From Candidatus Dojkabacteria bacterium (lineage in GTDB: Bacteria; Patescibacteriota; Dojkabacteria; J137), in NCBI GenBank assembly GCA_040006935.1, contig JBDTVZ010000001.1, positions 359,772 through 423,771 on the forward strand: 64,000 nucleotides of DNA, read 5' to 3'. The position numbers and the translations under genes are program-made. Below the pieces are notes generated by a model. It was given only the letters and a program-made list of their open reading frames with translations. It ran no database searches and was not told where the DNA came from. Positions 1-9,200 of the stretch are shown here, one piece after another (within the stretch, counting starts at the first letter, position 1; each line of letters begins with the position of its first letter).

Positions 1-111
1 GTCTCCTTTTAATATTTTGATTTTATTATCAGTAACTTCTTTTAAGCATAGATACAGCGGAGCATCATATCGTGGATTTTCTATTTTTACCTTAATATCA
101 AGTGTATTCAT
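1..111 (-). CDS. possible N-terminal part of a gene running off the window edge (MNTLDIKVKIEN...)
   Basis: ATG at 111 on the minus strand with an open frame to position 1; partial, so absent from the ORF track. Confidence 0.25.
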   Translation of the reverse strand, partial: MNTLDIKVKIENPRYDAPLYLCLKEVTDNKIKILKGD

Positions 112-235
112 CTTTCTAAGATAATAAATTAATTACTCATTATAATCCAAAAGTATATAAATTTCTAAATTACAATAAATGCCAGTATGCATTACCTTAC
201 TTGAACATGACACTGTTTTATGATAACATACTAAC

Positions 236-2278
236 ATGGAAAAATTTAATATAGAACAACTTCAAACAGAATCTCCTGCACTTTGGCAAGACATTACACG
301 CGTTTATCCTTTAGAGGTATTACCCGAAACTTTCAATGAGTTAGAGGTACGGTTTTTAAAGATTTTGTATAAAGGAGTTAAATTAGAAACTAGTGGATTG
401 TTCGGAAAAATAGGTAACCTAATGGGAAGTAAAAACCCAACAGAAATGGTTTTAACAGATTCTGAACAAAGAGAAATTATAGAAGTCTGTCATTATATAT
501 TTATCACTACTGAAGGTCACGAATCTCTTAACAAGATATTTAAATTTGTTGAATCTGCAGACAGAACAGTTATTCTAGAGAATTTTATTGAATTTATTTC
601 TAAAAATACTGAGTTTCTTAATCTTGCTATTGATAAAGAATTTTTCAATCCAGAATCAAACTTAACTCCAGATGAAGCTGGGAATAGAAATACAGAATAT
701 TTAGCTTCAGTTGTATATAATGGACTTGAAGGTGATGATAATCCTGTAAAGGATTTCCTAAGAAACACAATAATGGTTAGCTTTGTTAATAGGCTACTTA
801 CAGATTCTGTAGAAAAAGGTTTAGGATTTACTTATGTTTTAAGATTAATGTTCTCTGCTTCTTTTAGAGGAAAACTTAAAAATAAGTGGTACATTATCGA
901 AGCCGTAATTCGACCTTTTCTTGAAAAACACTCGGAAGTAATAATTTCAGAAAATAGAGAATTATTTGAAGGTGCTAAAAGAGGAATTGAAAAATTTAGT
1001 AATTTTAGTATAAATACAAATATTTTTGATACTAAAGATTATGACAAATTTCAAGCAGGTATTGAAAATTTTAAATTAAGCGAAGTACCTCCGGCATTAA
1101 TGGGAATGATTCATAATGTAGAAGTATTAGCTACTCTAAGAGAATACTTTGGTAGAAATTTTCATATTTACGAGGAAATTCTACTGAAATCTGGTTTTGA
1201 TACCGAAGGTTACCCTCAAGATCCAAAATTCACTAGAGACTTTGTTAAAGCTATTCATTTAATATCAAAAATAGCAGATGTGCAAGAATCTCACGGAGTT
1301 CCTACAAATTACCTTCAAGCACTTATTCGAAGAAAAGGATTTTTCTCTTACCTTGATCATATATTAAGAAGTGATGTAACTTTATACAATGAATTTCAAA
1401 AAACAATGTATGACAATGCTCAAGGTTCAGATGCTAAAGCAGCTCTTACAGTTGAGAATGTCACTTACTTCATGTCAAAGTTAGCTGATAAATATAAAAA
1501 AACAGATGCTATTGTTGGAAAAGTTCTAATTAACAAGAGATTAGAGCAAGGTTTGATGAGTACATTATCAGAGGTTATTGCAGTAGGAACAACGCAATTA
1601 GATAAGTTGGAAGATGAGAACAAATTACTATTTAGAAATTTAGACTTACAACAAAGACTTGTATTAACTGCATCTGGTGAGAGATTTACTCTGGATGAAA
1701 ATAATGGGAAAAACATTCAGTTAAAAAAATATGGAATAAAGGACTTAGTTATAAAGAAGACTTTTGATGGATTTAGAATTTTAATAACTCCAATTTCTGA
1801 AGTTAATCTATTCCAAGGTATTAACTTACTTTACAATGTGAAAACAAGAACATTCTCTTTACAAGAAAAAAGTGAAAGATTTAATGCACAATTAACAGAA
1901 TGGCAAAAACTAGGTTTAGAAAACCTTGTTCTTAAACATATTGAATTTGTGGCAAGTGGTAGAGCATTAGGAGATATTTCTATTGACCCAGAAATATTAG
2001 CTTCAGATGATAGAAAGAGTCAAATTATCAAAAGACACGGTTACTGGAGAAGATTAGACAGAACTAAATATCCTTTGAAATCAGCTGGAGCAATTCAACA
2101 TCAAAAAAGCTCTCTAGATGAATATGATGTTGATATTATTGCTTATAACCAAAGAAGATGGGAAGCTCGTTTACAAAACCCAGATGAAATTCTAACTTTT
2201 GTAAAACCTATTGATAAAGAACATTCTCTAGCAACAGAGTGGGACTACTTCGAAGCAAGACAAATGAACGAAATGTAA
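236..2278 (+). CDS. hypothetical protein, 680 aa, no recognisable motifs
   Basis: Long ORF with no internal stops; no NTPase or catalytic signature found. Confidence 0.5.
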   Translation: MEKFNIEQLQTESPALWQDITRVYPLEVLPETFNELEVRFLKILYKGVKLETSGLFGKIGNLMGSKNPTEMVLTDSEQREIIEVCHYIFITTEGHESLNKIFKFVESADRTVILENFIEFISKNTEFLNLAIDKEFFNPESNLTPDEAGNRNTEYLASVVYNGLEGDDNPVKDFLRNTIMVSFVNRLLTDSVEKGLGFTYVLRLMFSASFRGKLKNKWYIIEAVIRPFLEKHSEVIISENRELFEGAKRGIEKFSNFSINTNIFDTKDYDKFQAGIENFKLSEVPPALMGMIHNVEVLATLREYFGRNFHIYEEILLKSGFDTEGYPQDPKFTRDFVKAIHLISKIADVQESHGVPTNYLQALIRRKGFFSYLDHILRSDVTLYNEFQKTMYDNAQGSDAKAALTVENVTYFMSKLADKYKKTDAIVGKVLINKRLEQGLMSTLSEVIAVGTTQLDKLEDENKLLFRNLDLQQRLVLTASGERFTLDENNGKNIQLKKYGIKDLVIKKTFDGFRILITPISEVNLFQGINLLYNVKTRTFSLQEKSERFNAQLTEWQKLGLENLVLKHIEFVASGRALGDISIDPEILASDDRKSQIIKRHGYWRRLDRTKYPLKSAGAIQHQKSSLDEYDVDIIAYNQRRWEARLQNPDEILTFVKPIDKEHSLATEWDYFEARQMNEM

Positions 2279-2282
2279 TCTG

Positions 2283-2828
2283 TTAATTCTTAACCAATTT
2301 CAAAACAGTATTCCAATTTCTTGTAGTTATCTTTTTTCCATATTCTTTCTCTAAAATCTTCATTGCATCTGTGGTTCCTCTTTCTGGAGAAAGCGTTAGT
2401 ACACTACAAACCTCTGTTGATGTGACTCTTATAATTTTAAAATCTTTTTCTGGAGATTCATATGGAATTGAAAGATTGCTTTTTGGCTTATCACTTAAGA
2501 AAGAAACGTAAAGTCGAGTTTCGTTTATAACTTTAATATCTTTAAAGGGGTCTGAATTTATAAGTCTTTGAATATCTTTTTGAGTTCGAAGTAAAACTGG
2601 AACATTAAATCCAAATTGTTTTAAAAGTTTTCGTTCAATTGAATTCGCAATATCTTCCTCGTCCATTGTTACATTATCAAAAACAACATTTCCACTTGCT
2701 AGGATTGTGTTTACATTAATAAAACCTTGAGCTTTAAAAGCTGCAATTAAATCCCTCATCCGGATTGTATGCCCTCCAACGTTAATTCCACGAAGTAGAG
2801 CAATGTAGGTTGTAGAAGGATTAGTCAT
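2283..2828 (-). CDS. DUF1697 family protein
   Basis: N-terminus YIALLRGINVGG is typical of DUF1697. Confidence 0.65.
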   Translation of the reverse strand: MTNPSTTYIALLRGINVGGHTIRMRDLIAAFKAQGFINVNTILASGNVVFDNVTMDEEDIANSIERKLLKQFGFNVPVLLRTQKDIQRLINSDPFKDIKVINETRLYVSFLSDKPKSNLSIPYESPEKDFKIIRVTSTEVCSVLTLSPERGTTDAMKILEKEYGKKITTRNWNTVLKLVKN

Positions 2829-3324
2829 TTAAGTATTTTTCATCAAAGACTTTAGTAGAACTCCTAAAAGAATCATGCAGATTTTCTATCCCTATATTTT
2901 TATCTTCTTCATTTTGTGGAGTATCAGAATATTTACTCTCAATAATCCTTGGATAGTTTATTTCTAGTTTAGATTTATATGTTTGCAACGTTTCAGTAGT
3001 TAAATCAAGGAAATACTGTGACTCAATCGATGGGGATTTTATCTTAGCTAATAGTTCAAGACTACGATTGGATTCCTCCTTACATAAATTCAATCTATCC
3101 TCAATAATTTCTCTTTTAGGAGGGGATGAAATTAATCTGGATAGTTCGTAGATACAGTTATAAGTGCTGTTTTCATAACCTACGACGGTATTTCTGAATA
3201 CACGCATATTTGCTTTAGGTCCAATCAGATCAGCGGAATAGAGTAAAACAAAGACAATTACCCCACAACATAAGATAGAAGTTGCAAATAATGAACATAA
3301 ACCTAAGATTACCTTTTTATTCAT
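2821..3324 (-). CDS. membrane-anchored hypothetical protein (start trimmed to MNKKVIL...)
   Basis: The track ORF 2821..3429 overlaps the tRNA-Ser gene in its first 35 codons; the internal Met at 3324 is followed by a hydrophobic anchor. Confidence 0.5.
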   Translation of the reverse strand: MNKKVILGLCSLFATSILCCGVIVFVLLYSADLIGPKANMRVFRNTVVGYENSTYNCIYELSRLISSPPKREIIEDRLNLCKEESNRSLELLAKIKSPSIESQYFLDLTTETLQTYKSKLEINYPRIIESKYSDTPQNEEDKNIGIENLHDSFRSSTKVFDEKYLND

Positions 3325-3341
3325 TTGTTTATTATAAAATA

Positions 3342-3427
3342 CGGAGAGAGGGGGATTCGAACCCCCGCTGGATTGCTCCACTAACACGCTAGCAGTGTGT
3401 CCCCTTGAGCCACTTGGGTACCTCTCC
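3342..3427 (-). tRNA. tRNA-Ser (anticodon GCU), type II with long variable arm
   Basis: The reverse complement folds with GGAGAGG/CCTCTCC acceptor, anticodon loop CUGCUAG with U33 and A37, long variable arm and GGGGG-TTCGAAT-CCCCC T-arm; no encoded CCA. Confidence 0.85.
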
Positions 3428-3584
3428 AAATCAATTAAAATTTAAAAGAATTTCAATTAAAAGTGAATAGCAACTATTGAGATTCTTCTTTTAATTTTTA
3501 ATTCTTAATTTATAATTGTTAGGATTATACCAGCTATCACATAGCTATTCCAAGACTAAATATAGAAATCATGTGTTAAAATTG

Positions 3585-3662
3585 CTAGGAAAAACGATGA
3601 GAATTAAAAGTCCGAAGAGATTTTTCCTGTACTCCTGTGGAGAGCTAGGAAAAACGATGAGA
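3585..3662. repeat. two copies of an 18-bp direct repeat CTAGGAAAAACGATGAGA, 60 bp start-to-start (42-bp gap)
   Basis: Exact copies at 3585-3602 and 3645-3662 in an AT-rich intergenic region. Confidence 0.6.
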
Positions 3663-3741
3663 ACCGAAGGTTAAATAACTTTTCTCATTATCTTGAAGAT
3701 TAGATAGATTAGACAAGAGTTATTCTTCTCTTAATTATTAA

Positions 3742-4314
3742 TTGATTTATATGGAACAGCACTTAAAATTAAAAATAGATAACCATATTCCTCACCTTTT
3801 CTTTACTCCTAAAGATGGAGAAGAGAAAAAACTAACTCAAAAAAAAGAGGATATTTCAAAAGTTATTTTAAATATTGGAGAGAATTTTAACTTAATAGAG
3901 AAAGATTTGGACGAAGATGTTCAAGTAAATAAGCTAGTGCAATTAGCAAACGAGGCAGATCCTGATTATTTAGAAAGCATGCCTTCAGATATTGATACCG
4001 AAAGTTTAGAATTTGAATTAGAAGATATTATTCAAAAAATGATACTCGAAGCTAAGGGTATTGAAAAAGAATATTCTGATGTAGATGACATGACTCAAGA
4101 ACTTAGAGATGAGATTGATAGAAATCAAAGCATGGATATTATGGCTGGATTATTAGATACGGTCTATAAAGTCATAGTTGCGAAAACACTACTTGCAGCA
4201 TACGAATTGGAAATTGATAAAGTTCATTTTGTATCTTCGAATAATTATCCTAGACTTACAGAAAAATTAGGAGAAGAACTAGATAGATTAGGAATTGAGC
4301 TGTATTTAGATTAA
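3742..4314 (+). CDS. hypothetical acidic protein
   Basis: ORF only. Confidence 0.45.
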   Translation: MIYMEQHLKLKIDNHIPHLFFTPKDGEEKKLTQKKEDISKVILNIGENFNLIEKDLDEDVQVNKLVQLANEADPDYLESMPSDIDTESLEFELEDIIQKMILEAKGIEKEYSDVDDMTQELRDEIDRNQSMDIMAGLLDTVYKVIVAKTLLAAYELEIDKVHFVSSNNYPRLTEKLGEELDRLGIELYLD

Positions 4315-4420
4315 TTAATAGAAATCATTTAAAAATTAAAAGAGAATAGCAATTAGTAAATGAGATTTTTCTTTTAATTGTTATCTTTTAATTTTTAATT
4401 ATCTTATTACTACTTTAATA

Positions 4421-4996
4421 ATGCTTATACTCCTTGCACTTTTTATCATTTATATTCTTTCATCTATCTATTTCTATGGAAAGAATCGGACAAAATACGA
4501 ATACAGATCTTCAAACATATTAGAAAAAGTAGCTGATTTACTACTAATTCCTTTAATGGAACTAATTGCTACTGGAAAAGATAGTCATTGGTGGGATTAC
4601 GAGTTTATAGATATCAAAAATATTGATGTAAAAGCACTTATAATCGATACTGGTAAACCTCAAAAAAGATTGTTCAAAAAGAGTAAATTATTTGGTCAAT
4701 ATAATTTATCCGGAATTCACGATCTTTACCTGACGTTACGCGTGCTGAACGAACTTGCAGTTGTTGAACCTGTTAATTATGGAGGTGAATGGAGCTTAGT
4801 TATAAAAGGCCAGCATAAGTTTGAAGATAATGACGAAACCTTGATTGCCTGTAAATTTACAACTAAAGGAAAAGTGCAGACTTTACTGGACGGAAAAAGA
4901 TCTTATTACGGATTAACAAAGGATAATAAGTTTATTGAAATTAAATTAGTAGAAATTTGCGATAGGAATAAACATAAAGACATTTTATTCGTTTGA
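4421..4996 (+). CDS. hypothetical protein with N-terminal transmembrane helix
   Basis: ORF with hydrophobic N-terminus. Confidence 0.45.
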   Translation: MLILLALFIIYILSSIYFYGKNRTKYEYRSSNILEKVADLLLIPLMELIATGKDSHWWDYEFIDIKNIDVKALIIDTGKPQKRLFKKSKLFGQYNLSGIHDLYLTLRVLNELAVVEPVNYGGEWSLVIKGQHKFEDNDETLIACKFTTKGKVQTLLDGKRSYYGLTKDNKFIEIKLVEICDRNKHKDILFV

Positions 4997-5020
4997 GATT
5001 CATCTTTTAATTGAATCCTT

Positions 5021-5944
5021 TTAATTTTTAATTATTGAACAAATCCCATAACTTCCATCGTTATAAACAAGTTCGGCCTTTAGATCTAGTTTTGTAGCAA
5101 TTGCAGAAAATTCTTCGAAACCAGAAAGCTTTGAAAAATAGGGCAAATCAGTTTCCCCTGTTTTTAAACTTTTCCATTCCTGCTTTACAACTGGTGAAAT
5201 TCTAAAACAACAAAGTATTGTTCCCTTTTTATGGAGAATCTCTGAAAGTTTATTCATGAACTTTATCTCGGAATCTATAGGAACATAATTCCAAAACGCA
5301 TCTATGATGATAGTTTCGAAATAATCTTCTTTATACTTTGTTTTTAATATATCTGTAGTTTTAAAGCTAATTTTTTTATGATTCTCTAAAAATGGCAACT
5401 CGAGTTTGTTATTTACCTCTTTACTTAAATCGTGATAATGAACTTTCTTATACCTTTCGACTAACTGTGCAAGCAATTCAGGCGACGGAGTAGAGAGAAC
5501 TAAAGCTTTTCCACTTTTTGACCCTTTTGCATTCTGTAAAAAGAAATTTATTATTTCCTTCTTACCTTCAGAATAGGTCTTAATTTGAGCTCCAAAGGTC
5601 CTATTTCGAAAGATTTTCATCTTTTTGAGGATAAACTCGTAGTCAAAATTTTGATTGTCTCTGTAACGCTGTAATTCCAAACGCAAATTTTTCAATTTCC
5701 ACATAAACGCTTTACCTTTATTTTCAGTTGTTGAATCTATTGCAAAAGAATATGCTCTCTCAACTAAAGATCTCTCTAAATTCCTTGCAATTCGCATGTA
5801 TAATTTTAAATTAACAAGATCATTTAAATCTGCTGCGAGTTTGTATGCGAAAGCCTGAAATTCATGCCGAGCATGCTTTTTAGCTTCTTCAGGTTTAAGA
5901 AGATTATATTTTGAAAGAATATCTTTTGATGTAGTTATTGCCAT
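5021..5944 (-). CDS. hypothetical protein, possibly a class I methyltransferase-like fold
   Basis: Weak MTase-like segments (ALVLSTP..., ETIIIDAFWNYV...GTIL); low certainty. Confidence 0.45.
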   Translation of the reverse strand: MAITTSKDILSKYNLLKPEEAKKHARHEFQAFAYKLAADLNDLVNLKLYMRIARNLERSLVERAYSFAIDSTTENKGKAFMWKLKNLRLELQRYRDNQNFDYEFILKKMKIFRNRTFGAQIKTYSEGKKEIINFFLQNAKGSKSGKALVLSTPSPELLAQLVERYKKVHYHDLSKEVNNKLELPFLENHKKISFKTTDILKTKYKEDYFETIIIDAFWNYVPIDSEIKFMNKLSEILHKKGTILCCFRISPVVKQEWKSLKTGETDLPYFSKLSGFEEFSAIATKLDLKAELVYNDGSYGICSIIKN

Positions 5945-5996
5945 AGAATTTGGAGTTGAAATTGCAGATAATCATAGCAAAAAGAAATTATTATTT

Positions 5997-6058
5997 GTGT
6001 CATTTCGAGCGAACTAAGTGAGTCGAGACCCTTCGACTCCGCTCAGTGTGACACAATG
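5997..6058. repeat. MITE-like element family B (GTCATTTCGAGCGAAC...GAGTCGAGACCCTTCGACTC hairpin)
   Basis: 6001-6029 is nearly identical to the reverse complement of 39560-39589; internal perfect hairpin. Confidence 0.6.
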
Positions 6059-6099
6059 TTTATATAAGCCCGTGAGATTCAGTAGGCAGTGCCTATTCC

Positions 6100-6275
6100 T
6101 TGAGATTCGCAGTGGACGCATTTACGATTGGGATATGTGAATCGTAGGGGACGCATTTAAGATTGAAATATGAGATTCGTAGGGGACGCATTTATGCGTC
6201 CCTCATTGAATGCCAGGATCAAAGAGCAATCCAACTTCATGCGGTAATGAACTGCCAGGAGAGAGGATGAGGTGG
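6100..6275 (+). repeat. composite repeat family A: tandem GAGATTC-GTAGGGGACGCA units (full REP-like palindrome 6179-6205) plus a conserved ~70-nt tail ending GATGAGGTGG
   Basis: Related copies at 16193-16333, 27961-28062 (inverted), 30141-30219 and a partial copy at 39637-39670. Confidence 0.75.
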
Positions 6276-6303
6276 TATTATAAAATATTATTAAATTAAT
6301 CAC

Positions 6304-6771
6304 ATGCAGGAATCTAAATTCTATAGAACAAATATTTTACCTTCACTACCTATCCATCAAATATATATTTGGTTTGTAACATCCGACAACAAGATGGTTT
6401 TGGTTAAAACCAAAAGTGGAAGTTATCAATTACCTGGAGGAAAGCCTCTCTTAAACGAAACGAAAGAAGACACATTAAGTAGAGAATTATTTGAGGAATC
6501 AGGAATTAAAATAGAAAATATGAAACCTCAATTATTTGGTTATTACTTAGTAAAGAACGACCCATATTGGCCTGAACCTGAGTATCTGCAATTAAGATAT
6601 TTCTTCAAATCTAATAGAAATTCCACTGATTTCACCTTAGAAACTAATGAACCTGATGATAACGATAAAATTGTTAAAGCAGAATTTATAAATGCATCTC
6701 AGATTTTCGATTACATAACTTGGATGAAGGTTGAACCTGATGAATACAATGCTTTCTCATCTATGATATAA
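6304..6771 (+). CDS. NUDIX hydrolase
   Basis: Nudix box GGKPLLNETKEDTLSRELFEESGI (GX5EX7REUXEEXGU). Confidence 0.8.
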   Translation: MQESKFYRTNILPSLPIHQIYIWFVTSDNKMVLVKTKSGSYQLPGGKPLLNETKEDTLSRELFEESGIKIENMKPQLFGYYLVKNDPYWPEPEYLQLRYFFKSNRNSTDFTLETNEPDDNDKIVKAEFINASQIFDYITWMKVEPDEYNAFSSMI

Positions 6772-6812
6772 GCCTGAGTTACTATACGGTTCAGCATTTG
6801 ATCGAGGTTGTG

Positions 6813-8339
6813 TTACAACCTATTCAATAACCTCACCAACTCTTCCTCAACACCAGTAAGCTTATAGGAGCTGAAGAACACAATAATTAACTTTTCCTTT
6901 CTTTTTTTAATTTCTGATTTTAAGAAACTAACTAATTCTGTATTCTCAATATGTACAGTATTTATACTCATTTTCACAAGCCTTTCTACCATGTCATTTG
7001 TTGAAACTAAACCAGGAGTAACTTCAGATAAATCTGGAATAATTACCAAATCTGATAGAGCAAAGCTGTCCGAATAAGCTTTTCTGAAAATTTCTAAATC
7101 ATTCGGACGTGAACCTGCATTTGGTTCGAAGATAGATATGATTTTATGCTCAGGATATTTTTCGTGAATTGTCTCTAATGAATTTTGAGCTCTATCTGGT
7201 GCAATTCCAAAGTCATCAATTACAATTAGATCCTCAAATTTATAAATATGTTCCAGTCTTTTTTTAACTCCATGGAATTCTGAAATATATTTACTTAGGT
7301 CTTTTAATGTTTGCGTTCCTTTTTCAACTAAGCTTTGAGGTAATCTATGGGCAGGTAAACTACATATCAAAATTACAGCTGCAAGTATGTTTTCAAGGTT
7401 ATAAGAACCTAAAAGCTCAGTTTTAAATCTTAAAATCTCAGACCCCTTCTCATTGCAGATCAAGTTTTCATCACCTTCTGAAGCTACGCTCCAACCTTCA
7501 TTCTTTAATTCCTTCATTTCTTCATTAAACTTGTATCTAATTACCTTACATTTCGCTGATTTTAGAACTTTATCAATATTTTTATCTCCTGATTTTGCAA
7601 TAATTACTCCGTCTTCAGGAACTAATTCCACAGCTTTTCTAAATTCTTCTACATAAAGTTCTTCTGTTGGGAAAATATCAAAGTGCTCCCAAGTTATTTT
7701 TGTGATGATTAGGTATTTTGGTTTATATTCTAGAAATTTTGCTTTTCCTTCAATTTCCTTATCGGGATTGTGATATTCATCACCTTCAATTACAGACCAT
7801 TTAGAATCTGTGATTTTTAATGAATCCTCAATATCTACAACGTCAGCACCAATCATGTAACTTGGATTTAACCCTAGTTTTTGGGAAAGGAAGGTAATTA
7901 GAGCTGTTGTTGTTGTTTTTCCAGCAGTACCAATTACGACTATAGACTCATCTTTGATTAAATACTCTTTTAGAATTCTAGAATATGGACGGATATCCAA
8001 ACCTTTTTTCTTTGCATAAAGATATTCTTTATTTTTAGTAGGCAAATGACTGATGAATAAGATCAAGTCAGGATCATTTGGAATTTTGACATTTGATATT
8101 TGATATTTGTCATTATTTAACCAGAAACTCTTAGTCAAATGTTCGAAATCAAAACCCACAACTGTATTAATTTTATTTTCTACTAATAAATCTGAAGCAG
8201 GCGGAAGATATTGATTATCTGAACCTGTAACAAACCAGCCCATGTTTTGGAATTCTTTTGCTATATTCGCAGTTGTTTTACCGCAAACACCGATTATATG
8301 TAGCCATTTTTTTTGCATAAATTTATTATTTAAGTACAT
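6813..8339 (-). CDS. murC: Mur ligase family protein (MurC/Mpl-like)
   Basis: N-terminal HIIGVCGKTT...GSD domain, central P-loop VIGTAGKTTTT, and Mur ligase middle and C-terminal regions. Confidence 0.75.
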   Translation of the reverse strand: MYLNNKFMQKKWLHIIGVCGKTTANIAKEFQNMGWFVTGSDNQYLPPASDLLVENKINTVVGFDFEHLTKSFWLNNDKYQISNVKIPNDPDLILFISHLPTKNKEYLYAKKKGLDIRPYSRILKEYLIKDESIVVIGTAGKTTTTALITFLSQKLGLNPSYMIGADVVDIEDSLKITDSKWSVIEGDEYHNPDKEIEGKAKFLEYKPKYLIITKITWEHFDIFPTEELYVEEFRKAVELVPEDGVIIAKSGDKNIDKVLKSAKCKVIRYKFNEEMKELKNEGWSVASEGDENLICNEKGSEILRFKTELLGSYNLENILAAVILICSLPAHRLPQSLVEKGTQTLKDLSKYISEFHGVKKRLEHIYKFEDLIVIDDFGIAPDRAQNSLETIHEKYPEHKIISIFEPNAGSRPNDLEIFRKAYSDSFALSDLVIIPDLSEVTPGLVSTNDMVERLVKMSINTVHIENTELVSFLKSEIKKRKEKLIIVFFSSYKLTGVEEELVRLLNRL

Positions 8340-8521
8340 AATTTTAGAATATTAAATGAGATAAAGGAAGCTAAGAAATGTTAGCTAAATTAACCAAAAA
8401 ATATCTTTACAGTTAATAGTTTCGAGACCATACCCTATAGTTATTAAGTAAATGCCTTTTAATCCGTGGAAACTCATTCTGAATTCATTAGTGTTGTGGA
8501 ACAAAAAATATGAGTTGACAC

Positions 8522-8568
8522 CACAACAGGTTGTGTTTATTCTAGAGTTACAACACAATAAGTTGTGA
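8522..8568 (+). promoter_or_regulatory. two candidate NrdR boxes (CACAACAGGTTGTG and ACACAATAAGTTGTG), centres ~31.5 bp apart, upstream of nrdR
   Basis: Palindromic ACACAA/TTGTGT half-sites with about 3-turn spacing, as for known tandem NrdR operators. Confidence 0.5.
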
Positions 8569-8620
8569 TGTCGAGTTAAAAGTAAGGAAATGAAATTAAA
8601 AGCATTATTGGGTTTGATTT

Positions 8621-8676
8621 GAGATTCATCTTTTAACCTGCCTGCCGGTAGGCAGGTTCTTAATTCTTAATTGATT
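8621..8676. repeat. AT-rich intergenic motif GAGATTCATCTTTTAA...TTAATTCTTAATT with embedded palindrome AACCTGCCTGCCGGTAGGCAGGTT
   Basis: The same motif recurs at 3479-3510, 4362-4400 and 4995-5033; the palindrome is related to family C repeats. Confidence 0.55.
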
Positions 8677-8680
8677 TGTA

Positions 8681-9133
8681 GTGGTTTGTCCTTATTGTAA
8701 GAATGAAGATTTGAGAGTTGTAGATAAACGTGAGTGCGGAGAGTCTTCTATACGAAGAAGAAGAGAATGTGAGAAATGTGGCAAAAGATTTACAAGTTAC
8801 GAACGAATAGAAAAAGTGACTTTAAATGTTTTGAAGAGAGATGGAAGAATAGAAGAATTTGATAGAGAGAAATTAAAGCGAGGAGTTGTAAAAGCAGTAA
8901 AGAAAAGATATATCGCTGATGATGTTTTAGAAAGTATGATTACAGAGATTGAGCATAATTTGATGAATAGAGAAGAGCAAACAATCAAATCTGTAGAAGT
9001 AGGAGAGTTAGTTTTAAAGCATTTAACAAAAATTGATAAACTGGGAGCGTTATTATTTGCATCTGTTTATAAGGAATTTCAGAGTTTGGAGGACGTGCAA
9101 AAAGAAATGGAACGTATTTCAAAGAAAAAATAA
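8681..9133 (+). CDS. nrdR: transcriptional repressor NrdR
   Basis: N-terminal zinc ribbon CPYC...CEKC followed by an ATP-cone; sits immediately upstream of the RNR gene. Confidence 0.9.
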   Translation: MVCPYCKNEDLRVVDKRECGESSIRRRRECEKCGKRFTSYERIEKVTLNVLKRDGRIEEFDREKLKRGVVKAVKKRYIADDVLESMITEIEHNLMNREEQTIKSVEVGELVLKHLTKIDKLGALLFASVYKEFQSLEDVQKEMERISKKK

Positions 9134-9143
9134 GTTAAAAATC

Positions 9144-9159
9144 ACAACATTTATGTGTA
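9144..9159 (+). promoter_or_regulatory. candidate NrdR box CACAACATTTATGTGT upstream of nrdJ
   Basis: Imperfect palindrome with ACA-CA/TGTGT half-sites about 45 bp before the nrdJ start. Confidence 0.4.
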
Positions 9160-9200
9160 TGTACTTTTAGCCCCTTTTTACTATTTATTATCTTTATAAA

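Noticed and set aside
3342-3427. Alternative reading of the anticodon loop giving CUA (amber suppressor tRNA)
   Set aside because: That register puts G at position 33 and a pyrimidine at position 37. The register with U33/A37 gives GCU (Ser), which also fits the type II long variable arm.
3325-3429. N-terminal 35 codons of track ORF 2821..3429 (MERYPSGSRGHTASVLVEQSSGG...)
   Set aside because: Fully overlaps the tRNA-Ser gene on the same strand; the internal Met at 3324 followed by a TM anchor is the plausible start.
3585-3662. Direct repeat CTAGGAAAAACGATGAGA x2 considered as a mini-CRISPR
   Set aside because: Only two copies, and AT-rich intergenic context; more likely a duplicated promoter or operator fragment.
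6074-6205. Tandem array of four ~30-38-bp units (GAGATTC + GTAGG...) considered as a CRISPR array
   Set aside because: The units are degenerate and partly palindromic, with no unique spacers between them; they are part of dispersed repeat family A. No cas genes are present.
7453-7656. Small ORFs antisense or nested inside long genes (e.g. 7453..7656, 8797..8988, 15255..15497, 15798..16055, 19817..20705 cluster, 25612..27270 cluster, 59610..59852)
   Set aside because: Each lies inside a well-supported longer CDS on the opposite strand or in another frame, with low-complexity translations; treated as artefacts of AT-rich sequence.
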